Part shown: positions 33,527 to 41,595 of the stretch, piece after piece
How positions within the stretch are numbered: the first letter of the stretch is position 1
How the letters are laid out: every line of letters starts with the position of its first letter
Assembly: GCA_020635015.1 (NCBI GenBank)
Contig: JACKAP010000011.1
Location: 39,025-103,024, forward strand
Length of the DNA stretch: 64,000 nucleotides
DNA from: Calditrichia bacterium
GTDB taxonomy: Bacteria > Calditrichota > Calditrichia > RBG-13-44-9 > J075
Direction: 5' to 3'
The notes under the pieces: model-generated
What the model was told of the DNA's origin: nothing
The model's database searches: none
What the model saw: the letters and a program-made list of their open reading frames with translations, nothing else
Translations under genes and position numbers: made by a program

Positions 33527-34972
33527 TTATTCCGGCCGATACGCGATTATCTGCTTTATCATCTTTCCAAAGACGATGAAGTGAAACGGCAGCACCGCAT
33601 ACCAATAAAGCCGCCCGCTCAGACCATTGGGGCGGAAGGTGGCGATCTGGTGCAGCACGCCGCCATTTTCGCTCGGGGTGATGCGAAACTCCAGCCAGGC
33701 CTCTCCGGGAAGCTTCATTTCTGCATAGAGCAGCAGACGTTTCTTTTCAGGGTCAGCCAGCAGCACCCGCCAAAAATCCAGGGCGTCGCCCGGCTCCAAA
33801 TGATCCCGGTTGGTGCGCCCGCGGCGCAGGCCGACACCGCCGACCAGTTTATCAAGAAAGCCGCGGATACGCCACAGCCAGTTCGATCCGTACCAGCCCC
33901 GCTCTCCACCGATCGCCCAGATGTTTTCCAACACCTTCTCCGGATCACAGGCAAAGGCGCGATTGCGCCGATCGGTCAGGCAGCCGTGCTCCGGCACCTG
34001 TACAAAATCGCTGTATTTACCGTGGACGGTGCCGCTGACCCAGGCATCTTTCCAACTGGAAATGACCGCATTCTCGGCAATCTTGGAAAAAGCCCGCTTC
34101 ACTGCTGCCTCGTAGGGCAGGCATTGATGCGGGATGATCTGGTGAATGTCATGATTCTTACAAATTACCTCATTGCGCAGGCTGTCCACCAGACTGCGCG
34201 CCAGGGAGAAGGAGGTGGCGGTGACAAAATACAGCCAATACGAGGATAACTGCGGGGTCAGCACCGGTACGTTGATGACATAACGCCGGAGCCGGCGCAC
34301 TTTCGCGAACCGGAGCATCATCTCTTTGTAAGTGAGAATATCCGGACCGCCGATATCAAAGCTGCGATTGAGACACTCGGGATGGCCGATCACCTGGCGC
34401 AGGTAATAGATCACGTCATGAATCGCGATCGGCTGGCTGCGGTTGTTGACCCAGCGCGGCGCGATCATCAGCGGCAGCTTTTCGACCAGGTCGCGGATGA
34501 TCTCGAAGGAAGCACTGCCGGAACCGATGATAATCCCGGCGCGCAGCACCGTCAGGGGAATCCCGGCGCTACCGAGGATTTTTTCCACATTGTGACGCGA
34601 TTTCAGATGGGGAGAGAGATCACGGTCATTGACGATACCGCTCAAGTAAAAGGTCTGTTTCAGGGAGGTATCGCGCATGCGCCGCATGAAATTTTCCGCG
34701 CAGCGCTGCTCCATCTCGGCAAAGTCGCTGGCGGTGTTGCTCATCGAATGCACCAGGTAAAAAGCGGTGTCGATATCGGCGGGAACTTTCTCGAGAGAAG
34801 CGTAATCGAGCAGATCCCCACCGATCACGCTTACCCGACCGCGCAGCCCCTCCGGAACGTTCAGCCGCCGGGGATCGCGCACCAGGCACACCACCTCGTG
34901 CCCGTCCTCCACCAGCACCGGCAGCAGCCGCTTTCCGATGTAGCCGTTGGCGCCGGTCAGTAAAATTTTCAT
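33527..34972 (-). CDS. NAD(P)-binding atypical SDR (NmrA/epimerase-like) fused to a DUF2867-like C-terminal domain
   Basis: ORF of 481 aa with MKILLTGANGYIGKRLLPVLVEDGHEVVCLVRDP (Rossmann GxxGxxG) and a C-terminal ~170 aa of SRPBCC-like character. Confidence 0.8.
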   Translation of the reverse strand: MKILLTGANGYIGKRLLPVLVEDGHEVVCLVRDPRRLNVPEGLRGRVSVIGGDLLDYASLEKVPADIDTAFYLVHSMSNTASDFAEMEQRCAENFMRRMRDTSLKQTFYLSGIVNDRDLSPHLKSRHNVEKILGSAGIPLTVLRAGIIIGSGSASFEIIRDLVEKLPLMIAPRWVNNRSQPIAIHDVIYYLRQVIGHPECLNRSFDIGGPDILTYKEMMLRFAKVRRLRRYVINVPVLTPQLSSYWLYFVTATSFSLARSLVDSLRNEVICKNHDIHQIIPHQCLPYEAAVKRAFSKIAENAVISSWKDAWVSGTVHGKYSDFVQVPEHGCLTDRRNRAFACDPEKVLENIWAIGGERGWYGSNWLWRIRGFLDKLVGGVGLRRGRTNRDHLEPGDALDFWRVLLADPEKKRLLLYAEMKLPGEAWLEFRITPSENGGVLHQIATFRPNGLSGRLYWYAVLPFHFIVFGKMIKQIIAYRPE

Positions 34973-34982
34973 GGGTTACCTT

Positions 34983-35038
34983 TGGGTGTATGGGTTAATG
35001 GGTGTATGGGTTAATGGGTGTATGGGTGTATGGGTGTA
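34983..35038. repeat. Octamer array TGGGT(G/T)(T/A)A x7
   Basis: The array reads tgggtgta tgggttaa tgggtgta tgggttaa tgggtgta tgggtgta tgggtgta. It begins 11 nt upstream of the SDR/DUF2867 start codon (minus strand). A related array lies at 50574-50605. Confidence 0.9.
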
Positions 35039-35039
35039 G

Positions 35040-35059
35040 GGTCGAGTCGCGACTCGACC
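35040..35059. repeat. Perfect 20-bp palindrome GGTCGAGTCGCGACTCGACC
   Basis: All 10 base pairs were checked by hand. It lies between the octamer array and the 14-mer array, inside a putative operon. Confidence 0.95.
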
Positions 35060-35083
35060 TCACGGTGCCAAATTCGACCGTCA

Positions 35084-35125
35084 ACCATTGCGCATTTACC
35101 ATTGCGCATCTACCATTACCCATTA
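35084..35125. repeat. 14-mer array ACCATTGCGCAT(T/C)T x3 (last unit degenerate)
   Basis: The array reads accattgcgcattt accattgcgcatct accattacccatta. The last unit overlaps the stop codon of the SRPBCC gene. A related sequence lies at 50640-50681. Confidence 0.85.
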
Positions 35126-35556
35126 TTTAGCCATCGCCGGTACACCGGCCGGCGATATAAGAACTGTAGTTTCAAAACCGGATAAAGCAGGTAGTCCAAC
35201 AGTTTTATCCGGCCTTGATAGGTAATGTCGTCCACAATCAAGGTCTGTTCCCCCTGGCGGATCAGGCGGTGCCGGTGCCGCCAGGAACGGAACATGAAGG
35301 GCAACTGCCGCCCTTCATCGACAAAATAAATTTCATCTTCTGTCTCCACCAATTCGGTGATGACGCTGATCCAGATCTCTTTGCGGAAGAGAAAATTCAG
35401 CTCCAGGTGCACCTCGTCTCCGGGCTGCATGCCGTCAAAGCGCAGCAGCCGCACCGGCGGGAATGGGGGATTCAGTTGGAGGAACAGATCTCTCCCGAAC
35501 CGGGAAAAAGACCGGCGAAACTCTTGATTGACGCGGGTGGTGACTTGCAGGCGCAT
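35116..35556 (-). CDS. SRPBCC-superfamily (polyketide cyclase/START-like) small protein
   Basis: ORF of 146 aa. Its start ATG immediately follows the photolyase stop (TAA ATG). The family call is from general sequence character only. Confidence 0.55.
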   Translation of the reverse strand: MRLQVTTRVNQEFRRSFSRFGRDLFLQLNPPFPPVRLLRFDGMQPGDEVHLELNFLFRKEIWISVITELVETEDEIYFVDEGRQLPFMFRSWRHRHRLIRQGEQTLIVDDITYQGRIKLLDYLLYPVLKLQFLYRRPVYRRWLNNG

Positions 35557-37089
35557 TTACAAGGTGTCCTGGTTTTCTTGATAATAACGGGCCTGTTGGC
35601 GGATGTTATCTAATTCCTCCGGATCCATCCGATCGAGATTGCGGTAAGCCATGCCCACCCGGGGATTGTTTCCCAGCAACGCCCGGTGACGGTCGAAAAA
35701 GTCCCAATACAAGCTGTTGAAAGGGCAGGCCCCCTCGCCGTAGCGCTTCTGCCGGTCGTAGTGGCAGCCCCGGCAGTAGTTGCTCATCTTGTGAATGTAA
35801 TTCGCCGAGGAGACGTAGGGCTTGGTGGCGGCAATCCCGCCATCGGCGTACTGGCTCATGCCCCGGGTGTTGGTGATCTCTACCCACTGGATGGCGTCGA
35901 TGTAGATTCCCAGATACCAGGCATCGACCGCATCGGGATGCACGCCCAGCAAGTTGGCGAAATTCCCGGTGATCATCAGCCGCTGGATGTGATGGGCGTA
36001 GGCCAGGTCGAGCGACTGGGTAATAGCGTGGCGCAGGCAGTTCATGCGGGTGTCGCCGGTCCAGTAAAATGCCGGCAGCGGGCGCCGGTGATCGAAATAG
36101 TTTAATTGCTCGTATTCCGGCATGGTATCCCAGTAAATGCCGCGCATAAATTCCCGCCAGCCGATGATCTGGCGGATGAAGCCTTCCACCTGGGCGATGT
36201 CGACGGCTTCCGGATGGGCTTGCCAGTAATCGAGCGTCTTCTGCACGATTTCCCGGGGATGGAGCAGCTTGAGGTTCATGGCAAAGGAAAGGCGCGAATG
36301 ATACAGGTAGGGAGACCCGGTATCCATTGCATCCTGGTAGGTGCCGAAGTTCGCCAGGCCGTTGGCCAGAAAGTGGTCAAGCAGTTGCTGCGCTTCATGA
36401 TGATCGAGGGGCCAGGGGAAATGCGCCGCATCGATCCGGCCGATGGTGTCAATCTCCAGCGAGCGGATCAGGTCGACGATCTCGGAGACGTCGTGATCGA
36501 AATTGAGCGGTGCCGGCGGGGTAAGACGCTGCGGAAGCGCTTTGCGGTTCTCCGCATCGTAGTTCCAGCGACCGCTCAAAGGCCGCTCACCGTCCATCAG
36601 AATATCCCACTTGCGGCGCATGTGGCGGTAGAATGCCTCCATCACGAATGTCTTGCGGCCGCGGAAAAATGCGCCGACTTCCTCCCGGGATGAAAGGAAG
36701 TGCTCGCTATCCGCTGCGGCGACCGGGATATCACTCTCAGCTGCAAACTGCTTCAACAGCTGGTCGAGACGGTATTCGTCGGGAAGCAGGTATTCGAATC
36801 GTTCGATCCGGCGCGCATCGATCAGCCGGGTCAGGTTGGCCGGAAAGCTTTGGAGATTTTCCGGATCATTCAGGCGTAGGTAAACAAAATCATGCCCGGC
36901 TTCGGACATTGCCTCAGCAAAGCGGCGCATGGCGGCAAAGAAACCGGCAATTTTCTGAATATGATGGGTTACATAGCGCGTTTCCGGAAGCACTTCCATC
37001 ATGAGGTAAGTGATTTCCGGATCGACCCGGGCAAACCAGCTGTGCCGGTCGTTCAGCTGGTCGCCCAATATTAAACGCAGTTTTCGCAT
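35557..37089 (-). CDS. phrB: Fe-S cluster-containing bacterial cryptochrome/(6-4) photolyase (FeS-BCP; PhrB/CryB type)
   Basis: ORF of 510 aa with long colinear identity to Agrobacterium PhrB as I recall it: LILGDQL, GRWNYDAENR, VEGFIRQIIGWREFMRGIYW, FYWTGDTRMNCLRH, AYAHHIQRLMITGNFA, MSQYADGG, MSNYCRGCHYD...GACPFNSLYWDF. The four Fe-S cysteines are conserved. Confidence 0.9.
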   Translation of the reverse strand: MRKLRLILGDQLNDRHSWFARVDPEITYLMMEVLPETRYVTHHIQKIAGFFAAMRRFAEAMSEAGHDFVYLRLNDPENLQSFPANLTRLIDARRIERFEYLLPDEYRLDQLLKQFAAESDIPVAAADSEHFLSSREEVGAFFRGRKTFVMEAFYRHMRRKWDILMDGERPLSGRWNYDAENRKALPQRLTPPAPLNFDHDVSEIVDLIRSLEIDTIGRIDAAHFPWPLDHHEAQQLLDHFLANGLANFGTYQDAMDTGSPYLYHSRLSFAMNLKLLHPREIVQKTLDYWQAHPEAVDIAQVEGFIRQIIGWREFMRGIYWDTMPEYEQLNYFDHRRPLPAFYWTGDTRMNCLRHAITQSLDLAYAHHIQRLMITGNFANLLGVHPDAVDAWYLGIYIDAIQWVEITNTRGMSQYADGGIAATKPYVSSANYIHKMSNYCRGCHYDRQKRYGEGACPFNSLYWDFFDRHRALLGNNPRVGMAYRNLDRMDPEELDNIRQQARYYQENQDTL

Positions 37090-37104
37090 CGCTTCACCGG
37101 CGGG

Positions 37105-37767
37105 TTATTGAATGATCGAGGACCACTCGTTCAACTGTTTCGACTTCTCGGCCAGATCGTTTAAATCGAGCAGATGGCCGGATTTTTTTGCCTTGGTGAA
37201 CAGGTAGAACTGGTTTGCCGGGTTGGGATCGATCTGCAAGGGGATGCGATTCACCACCGGAATGCCGGCCGCTTTCAGGCCTTCGATCTTTTGGGGATTG
37301 TTGGTGAGGAGGTCGACGGTCTTAACGCCGAGCAGCTTCAGCATCTCCGCGGCAACGTCGTAATTGCGCAGGTCATCGGGGAAGCCCAGGGCATGGTTCG
37401 CTTCCACCGTATCGTAGCCGGCTTCCTGAAGGGCATAGGCGCGGATCTTGTTGCCCAGCCCGATGCCCCGGCCTTCCTGGCGCATATAGAGCACAATGCC
37501 TTTACCGGCCCGGGCCACATGCTTCAACGCGGCGTGCAGTTGCTCCCGGCAGTCGCACTTTAAAGAGCCCAATACTTCACTGGTCAGGCACTCCGAGTGA
37601 ATGCGGGTCGGAATGTTTTCGCCATTACGCACATCACCCTGCACAATCGCCAGGTGTTCTTTATAATCGATATTATTCCGGAAAACGTAGACGTCGAACG
37701 TCCCATGTAAGGTCGGGAGTTTGGTTTTGGCGTATACGAATACGTTTTCTTTGATTTCTGCCAGCAT
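37105..37767 (-). CDS. ribA: GTP cyclohydrolase II
   Basis: ORF of 220 aa with RIHSECLTSEVLGSLKCDCREQL (the zinc Cys triad), LYMRQEGRGIGLGNKIRAY and DTVEANHALGFPDDLRNY. Confidence 0.93.
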   Translation of the reverse strand: MLAEIKENVFVYAKTKLPTLHGTFDVYVFRNNIDYKEHLAIVQGDVRNGENIPTRIHSECLTSEVLGSLKCDCREQLHAALKHVARAGKGIVLYMRQEGRGIGLGNKIRAYALQEAGYDTVEANHALGFPDDLRNYDVAAEMLKLLGVKTVDLLTNNPQKIEGLKAAGIPVVNRIPLQIDPNPANQFYLFTKAKKSGHLLDLNDLAEKSKQLNEWSSIIQ

Positions 37768-37811
37768 GATTGTTCCCTTCAGTTTAGAGATATTGTTTGC
37801 ATGTTTTGCAT

Positions 37812-37829
37812 GCGCGTTTTGAGCGTTTT
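37812..37829 (-). promoter_or_regulatory. Direct-repeat motif AAAACGCTCAAAACGCGC facing ribA (candidate operator)
   Basis: The minus strand reads aaaACGCTCAAAACGCGCAtgcaaaacatgcaaacaatatctctaaactgaagggaacaatcATG(ribA). This is a mirror-image partner of the motif at 37874-37888. Confidence 0.45.
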
Positions 37830-37873
37830 AATGATAGCGAATCAAAAGCCCATAATCAAGTAAAATAAAAAAA

Positions 37874-37926
37874 CGCTCAAAACGCTCATTTTTGGTTGAC
37901 TACCTCCGCGCGGTATGTTATATTTG
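37874..37926 (+). promoter_or_regulatory. Candidate promoter/operator of the CarH-like gene: CGCTCAAAACGCTCA - TTGACT - 17 nt - TATATTTG
   Basis: The region reads aaaaCGCTCAAAACGCTCAtttttggTTGACTacctccgcgcggtatgtTATATTTGaat. The -10/-7 box ends about 40 nt before ATG 37968. It has the same architecture as 30348-30399. Confidence 0.6.
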
Positions 37927-37967
37927 AATGTTCGCAAATTAAGCAATTGTAATAGAAAGGATAGCGT

Positions 37968-38834
37968 ATGGAAGGAATTCGTCACTTTAATAGCATCGAA
38001 GTCGCCCGGATTCTCGGGGTGAATGTTTCGACTGTGAAACGCTGGACCGAAGAGGGCAAGCTGGAATGCATCAAAACCGCCGGCGGCCACCGCAAATTTC
38101 TGATGGCCCATCTCGGCGATTATGTCAAGAATTACAAGAAGAAGCATACGATTATCAATTTATTCCCGATGGAGGATGAGAATGATCTGCAAATCAGCTA
38201 TCGAATTCTGAAACACGACTATCCTTTTTTGATCGATTACGTGGTTACCCAGGCGCTGGAATCCCGCCTGGAGAAGGTGCAGCAGGTGCTTAACGGCCTT
38301 TACCTGGGGCAGCATCCCCTGCACAAGATTTACGACCGCCTGATCACCCCGGCGCTCCACCGCCTGGGACAGATGTGGCATAATGACGAGCTTTCGATTA
38401 TCGAAGAGCATTTCGGCTCCCAGACCATCCGCGATAGCCTGATCCGCCTGCAGGGGATCATCAGCATCCCCTCGGAAAAAATCGGGCGGGCGATCTGTCT
38501 CAATCTCTCGACAGAATTGCACGATATTGCCTTGAAAATGGTGGCGAATATCCTGGAGCTGCGCGGCTATCAGGTCTATTTCAGCGGACAGTTTACCGAC
38601 ATCTTCAAGATCGAATATGCCTTTGAGAAATTCCGCCCGGAGCGGATCTATCTGTCCTGCACCTGGGTGGAAGATCTGGAAAAGACTCAGGCCGAGCTGG
38701 AGAAGATCTTGAAAAATTGCGATATTTACAACACGTCGATGTATCTCGGCGGGCAGGGGGTACGGCTGCTAAAGCTCGACCATCCCCGCATTGCCCGGGT
38801 GATCGATTCTTTCGAGGATGTGCAGCGTTATTAA
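37968..38834 (+). CDS. CarH/LitR-type regulator: MerR/excisionase-type HTH plus a cobalamin-binding domain
   Basis: ORF of 288 aa. The HTH is IEVARILGVNVSTVKRWTEEGKLECIKTAGGHRKF. The B12 module has W-x9-EH (MWHNDELSIIEEH) and ELHDIALKM, with His at the lower-ligand position. A Rossmann-like remainder follows. Confidence 0.8.
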   Translation: MEGIRHFNSIEVARILGVNVSTVKRWTEEGKLECIKTAGGHRKFLMAHLGDYVKNYKKKHTIINLFPMEDENDLQISYRILKHDYPFLIDYVVTQALESRLEKVQQVLNGLYLGQHPLHKIYDRLITPALHRLGQMWHNDELSIIEEHFGSQTIRDSLIRLQGIISIPSEKIGRAICLNLSTELHDIALKMVANILELRGYQVYFSGQFTDIFKIEYAFEKFRPERIYLSCTWVEDLEKTQAELEKILKNCDIYNTSMYLGGQGVRLLKLDHPRIARVIDSFEDVQRY

Positions 38835-38859
38835 CCGTTACATTGCAATAATCTTGCAG

Positions 38860-38935
38860 TTATAGATTTCTCACAAACGACGTTCGAAATGACTGCGTTG
38901 TGTCATTCCGAAGGCGCTAGCCGAGGAATCTATAA
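38860..38935. repeat. Long imperfect hairpin (possible terminator of the CarH-like gene)
   Basis: ttatagatttctc...cgttcgaaatgac tgcgttgt gtcattccgaagg...gaggaatctataa. The outer 13-nt and inner 13-nt segments are each complementary with 1-2 mismatches. Confidence 0.5.
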
Positions 38936-38998
38936 TTCTAAAAGACTCAATAGATAGTGCACCAAATACTACAAATACTAAATGAAAGTAGATTCACA

Positions 38999-41341
38999 AT
39001 GAAACAACATAATCTTCACTTCTACCGCTTTATCGTGCTGGTGATGCTCCTGATGCTGGCCCAGGGCATGTTGGCCCAGGGCAACGGGCGCATCAGCGGG
39101 AAGGTGGTTGATGAGAAAACTCAAGAACCGCTGATCGGGGTCAACATCGAGGTGCTCGGCAGCAATACCGGCACCACGACCGACAGCGAAGGCAGCTTTT
39201 GGCTGGAACAGTTAATCCCGGGCACGTATCGCCTGCGTTTTTCCTATATCGGCTACCAGGATCTGGTGCTGACCGACATCATCGTCAATTCCGCTCGCCC
39301 GGCGATCGTCAACGCCCGGCTGCTGATCGCGCCGGTAGAAGGGGAAGCGGTGACGGTAACCTCCGGCTACTTCTCCGACGCCAGCGACAAGCCGGTCAGC
39401 AACATCACCTTCTCCCGGGAGGAGATCCGCCGCTTTCCCGGCGGTTTCGAAGATGTGGTGCGTACTGTGGCTTCGCTGCCCGGAGTGTCGGTGGTGAACG
39501 AGGGCGGGCGCAATGACCTGCTGGTGCGTGGGGGCGGGCCGAGCGAAAACCTCTACCTGGTCAACAATATCGAAGTTCCCAACATCAACCATTTCGGTTC
39601 CCAGGGCAGCAGTAGCGGATCGCTGAGTTTCGTCAATCTCGATTTTGTAGAGAACGTGGAATTCTCCACCGGCGGCTTCGGGGTGCGTTACGGCGACAAG
39701 ATGTCTTCGGTGATGGCGCTGACCCTGCGCCCGGGGCGGGAGGACCGCCTCGGCGGCAAGGCCACCATCTCCGCCACCCAGTTCGGGCTTAACCTGGAAG
39801 GGCCGCTGGGACAGAAAGGGAATTTCATCTTTTCCGCCCGCAAGAGCTACCTGGACCTGATCTTCAAAGCTGCCGGCCTGCCGTTTATTCCGACATATAC
39901 CGATTTCAACCTGGTCGGTTATTACGACCTTTCCCCCCGCGATAAGCTGACTGTACTGGGCCTGGCGGCAATCGACCGGGTCGACCGCGACCAGAGCACC
40001 CTGGAAAACCGGGTGACCAATGCCGGGATCATGGACAATACCCAGAACCAGTTCATCAGCGGGATCAATTACCGGAGATTAATGAACCGGGGCTTTGTCG
40101 ACCTGACCCTGAACAACAACTATAACGAATTCCGCTTCAGCCAGATCGACGAGCAGGAAGTAGAATACTTTAACAGCCGGGCCAACGAGATCGAGACCGG
40201 TATCAAGCTGACTGCTTACCGCAAACTTTCCGGCAGCGCCGGGCTGTTTGGCGGTTTATCGTACAAGCATATCAGCAATGATAACCGCACCGTATTTGCC
40301 GACACCATCTACAACCGCAGCGGCAACCCGGTTGCGATCAGCGGCACCGATCTGCCGCAGCGGAGCGTTGTCAATACCGCAGCCGGCAAATACGCCGCCC
40401 ATCTGGAGTTGGAAAAACAGTTGCTGAAATCCCTATCCCTCAGCCTGGGAATTCGCGGCGATTATTACAGCTTTCTCGAAGACCCCGCCTACCCGGCGGC
40501 ACGTGCCGCACTGCGCTGGCAGGCCGGGACAAGGATTAGCTTCAAGGCCAGCCTGGGGCGCTATTTTCAGGCCCCGTCCTATGTCTGGGTGGTCAATCCG
40601 GCCAACCGCGACCTGAAAGCACTGCGCAACGACATGGCCATTCTGGGCGGCAGCTACCTGTTCCGCGAGGATCTCCGCCTCTCCCTGGAAACCTATTACA
40701 AGCGCTATCGCGATCTGCCCACCGGCGCCACCCCGGAAACCGCCTACCTGGTGTTGACCAATACCGGGGTCGGCTACGGCGGCCGGGAAGATGATTTCCA
40801 GTCGTTCGGCTACATTCCCCTGACCTCCGCCGCCAGCGGCCGGGCCTACGGAGCGGAGCTGCTGCTGCAAAAGCGTTTTTCCGATCTGCCCCTTTACGGC
40901 CAGATGAGCCTGGCCTGGGGAAAGAGTGAATATACCGCCGGCAATGAGATCACCTATCCCGGCGAATTTGACCAGCGATTCATTTTCAACCTCTCCGGCG
41001 GTTATAAATTCAACCGCAGCTGGGAAGTCAGCGCCAAGTTCCGCCTCTTCAGCGGCGCGCCGTTTACCCCGGTCTACCGCCCGGCGGAAAATGGCGGCAC
41101 GATCCAGAATCTGCCCGGAGAGTATCTCGCCGAACGCCTGGAAACCGGGCACTTGCTCGACGTGCGGATCGACCGCCGCTTCAACTTCCGCGCCTGGAGC
41201 CTGATCCTGTTCGCCGACGTGCAGAATGTCTACAACAATAAGCTGCAATTGCGCCCGCGTTACGATTTCTGGGAGGATGTGGTGGATGACCGGGAAGCAT
41301 TGGGGCTGCTGCCCTCGATCGGCATCAGCGCGGAGTTTTGA
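38999..41341 (+). CDS. TonB-dependent receptor with a CarboxypepD_reg domain
   Basis: Part of ORF 38957..41341. I set the start at ATG 38999 (MKQHNLHFYRFIVLVMLLMLAQGMLAQG). It shows GKVVDEKTQEPLIGVNIEVLGS..TDSEGSFWL, a plug region, a barrel, and a terminal ...GISAEF. Confidence 0.88.
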   Translation: MKQHNLHFYRFIVLVMLLMLAQGMLAQGNGRISGKVVDEKTQEPLIGVNIEVLGSNTGTTTDSEGSFWLEQLIPGTYRLRFSYIGYQDLVLTDIIVNSARPAIVNARLLIAPVEGEAVTVTSGYFSDASDKPVSNITFSREEIRRFPGGFEDVVRTVASLPGVSVVNEGGRNDLLVRGGGPSENLYLVNNIEVPNINHFGSQGSSSGSLSFVNLDFVENVEFSTGGFGVRYGDKMSSVMALTLRPGREDRLGGKATISATQFGLNLEGPLGQKGNFIFSARKSYLDLIFKAAGLPFIPTYTDFNLVGYYDLSPRDKLTVLGLAAIDRVDRDQSTLENRVTNAGIMDNTQNQFISGINYRRLMNRGFVDLTLNNNYNEFRFSQIDEQEVEYFNSRANEIETGIKLTAYRKLSGSAGLFGGLSYKHISNDNRTVFADTIYNRSGNPVAISGTDLPQRSVVNTAAGKYAAHLELEKQLLKSLSLSLGIRGDYYSFLEDPAYPAARAALRWQAGTRISFKASLGRYFQAPSYVWVVNPANRDLKALRNDMAILGGSYLFREDLRLSLETYYKRYRDLPTGATPETAYLVLTNTGVGYGGREDDFQSFGYIPLTSAASGRAYGAELLLQKRFSDLPLYGQMSLAWGKSEYTAGNEITYPGEFDQRFIFNLSGGYKFNRSWEVSAKFRLFSGAPFTPVYRPAENGGTIQNLPGEYLAERLETGHLLDVRIDRRFNFRAWSLILFADVQNVYNNKLQLRPRYDFWEDVVDDREALGLLPSIGISAEF

Positions 41342-41426
41342 TTATGGATCTGAAGAGATCCGCCGCTTCTGGAACGATTGCAGCCGCATCACCGGCTGGA
41401 GGCCGTCAGAAAAAACGGAAATACTT

Positions 41427-41566
41427 TTGTCCACGGATTACACGGATTGACACGGATGGATTGATGGTGCGAATGATTCGGGAGTTCTTGGAAATAGGTA
41501 TAAAAAGTTTATCTTTTATTTCCGGAACAGAACAAATCAATCAGTGTTAATCCGTGTAATCCGTGG
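41427..41566. repeat. MITE-like 140-bp element of the CCACGGATT 9-mer type
   Basis: The left end is ttgtccacggattacacggattgacacggat. The right end is atcagtgttaatccgtgtaatccgtgg. The termini are nearly identical to the compact hairpin at 30245-30309 but enclose an ~85-bp AT-rich interior. Confidence 0.9.
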
Positions 41567-41595
41567 ATTCAAAAAACAGCTTTGAGGTATATGCC

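Noticed and set aside
38835-38998. A cobalamin riboswitch might be expected between the B12-binding regulator and the downstream TonB-dependent receptor.
   Set aside because: The 164-nt spacer is too short, and I could not find a B12-box-like consensus. It contains only one long imperfect hairpin that fits a terminator or repeat better.
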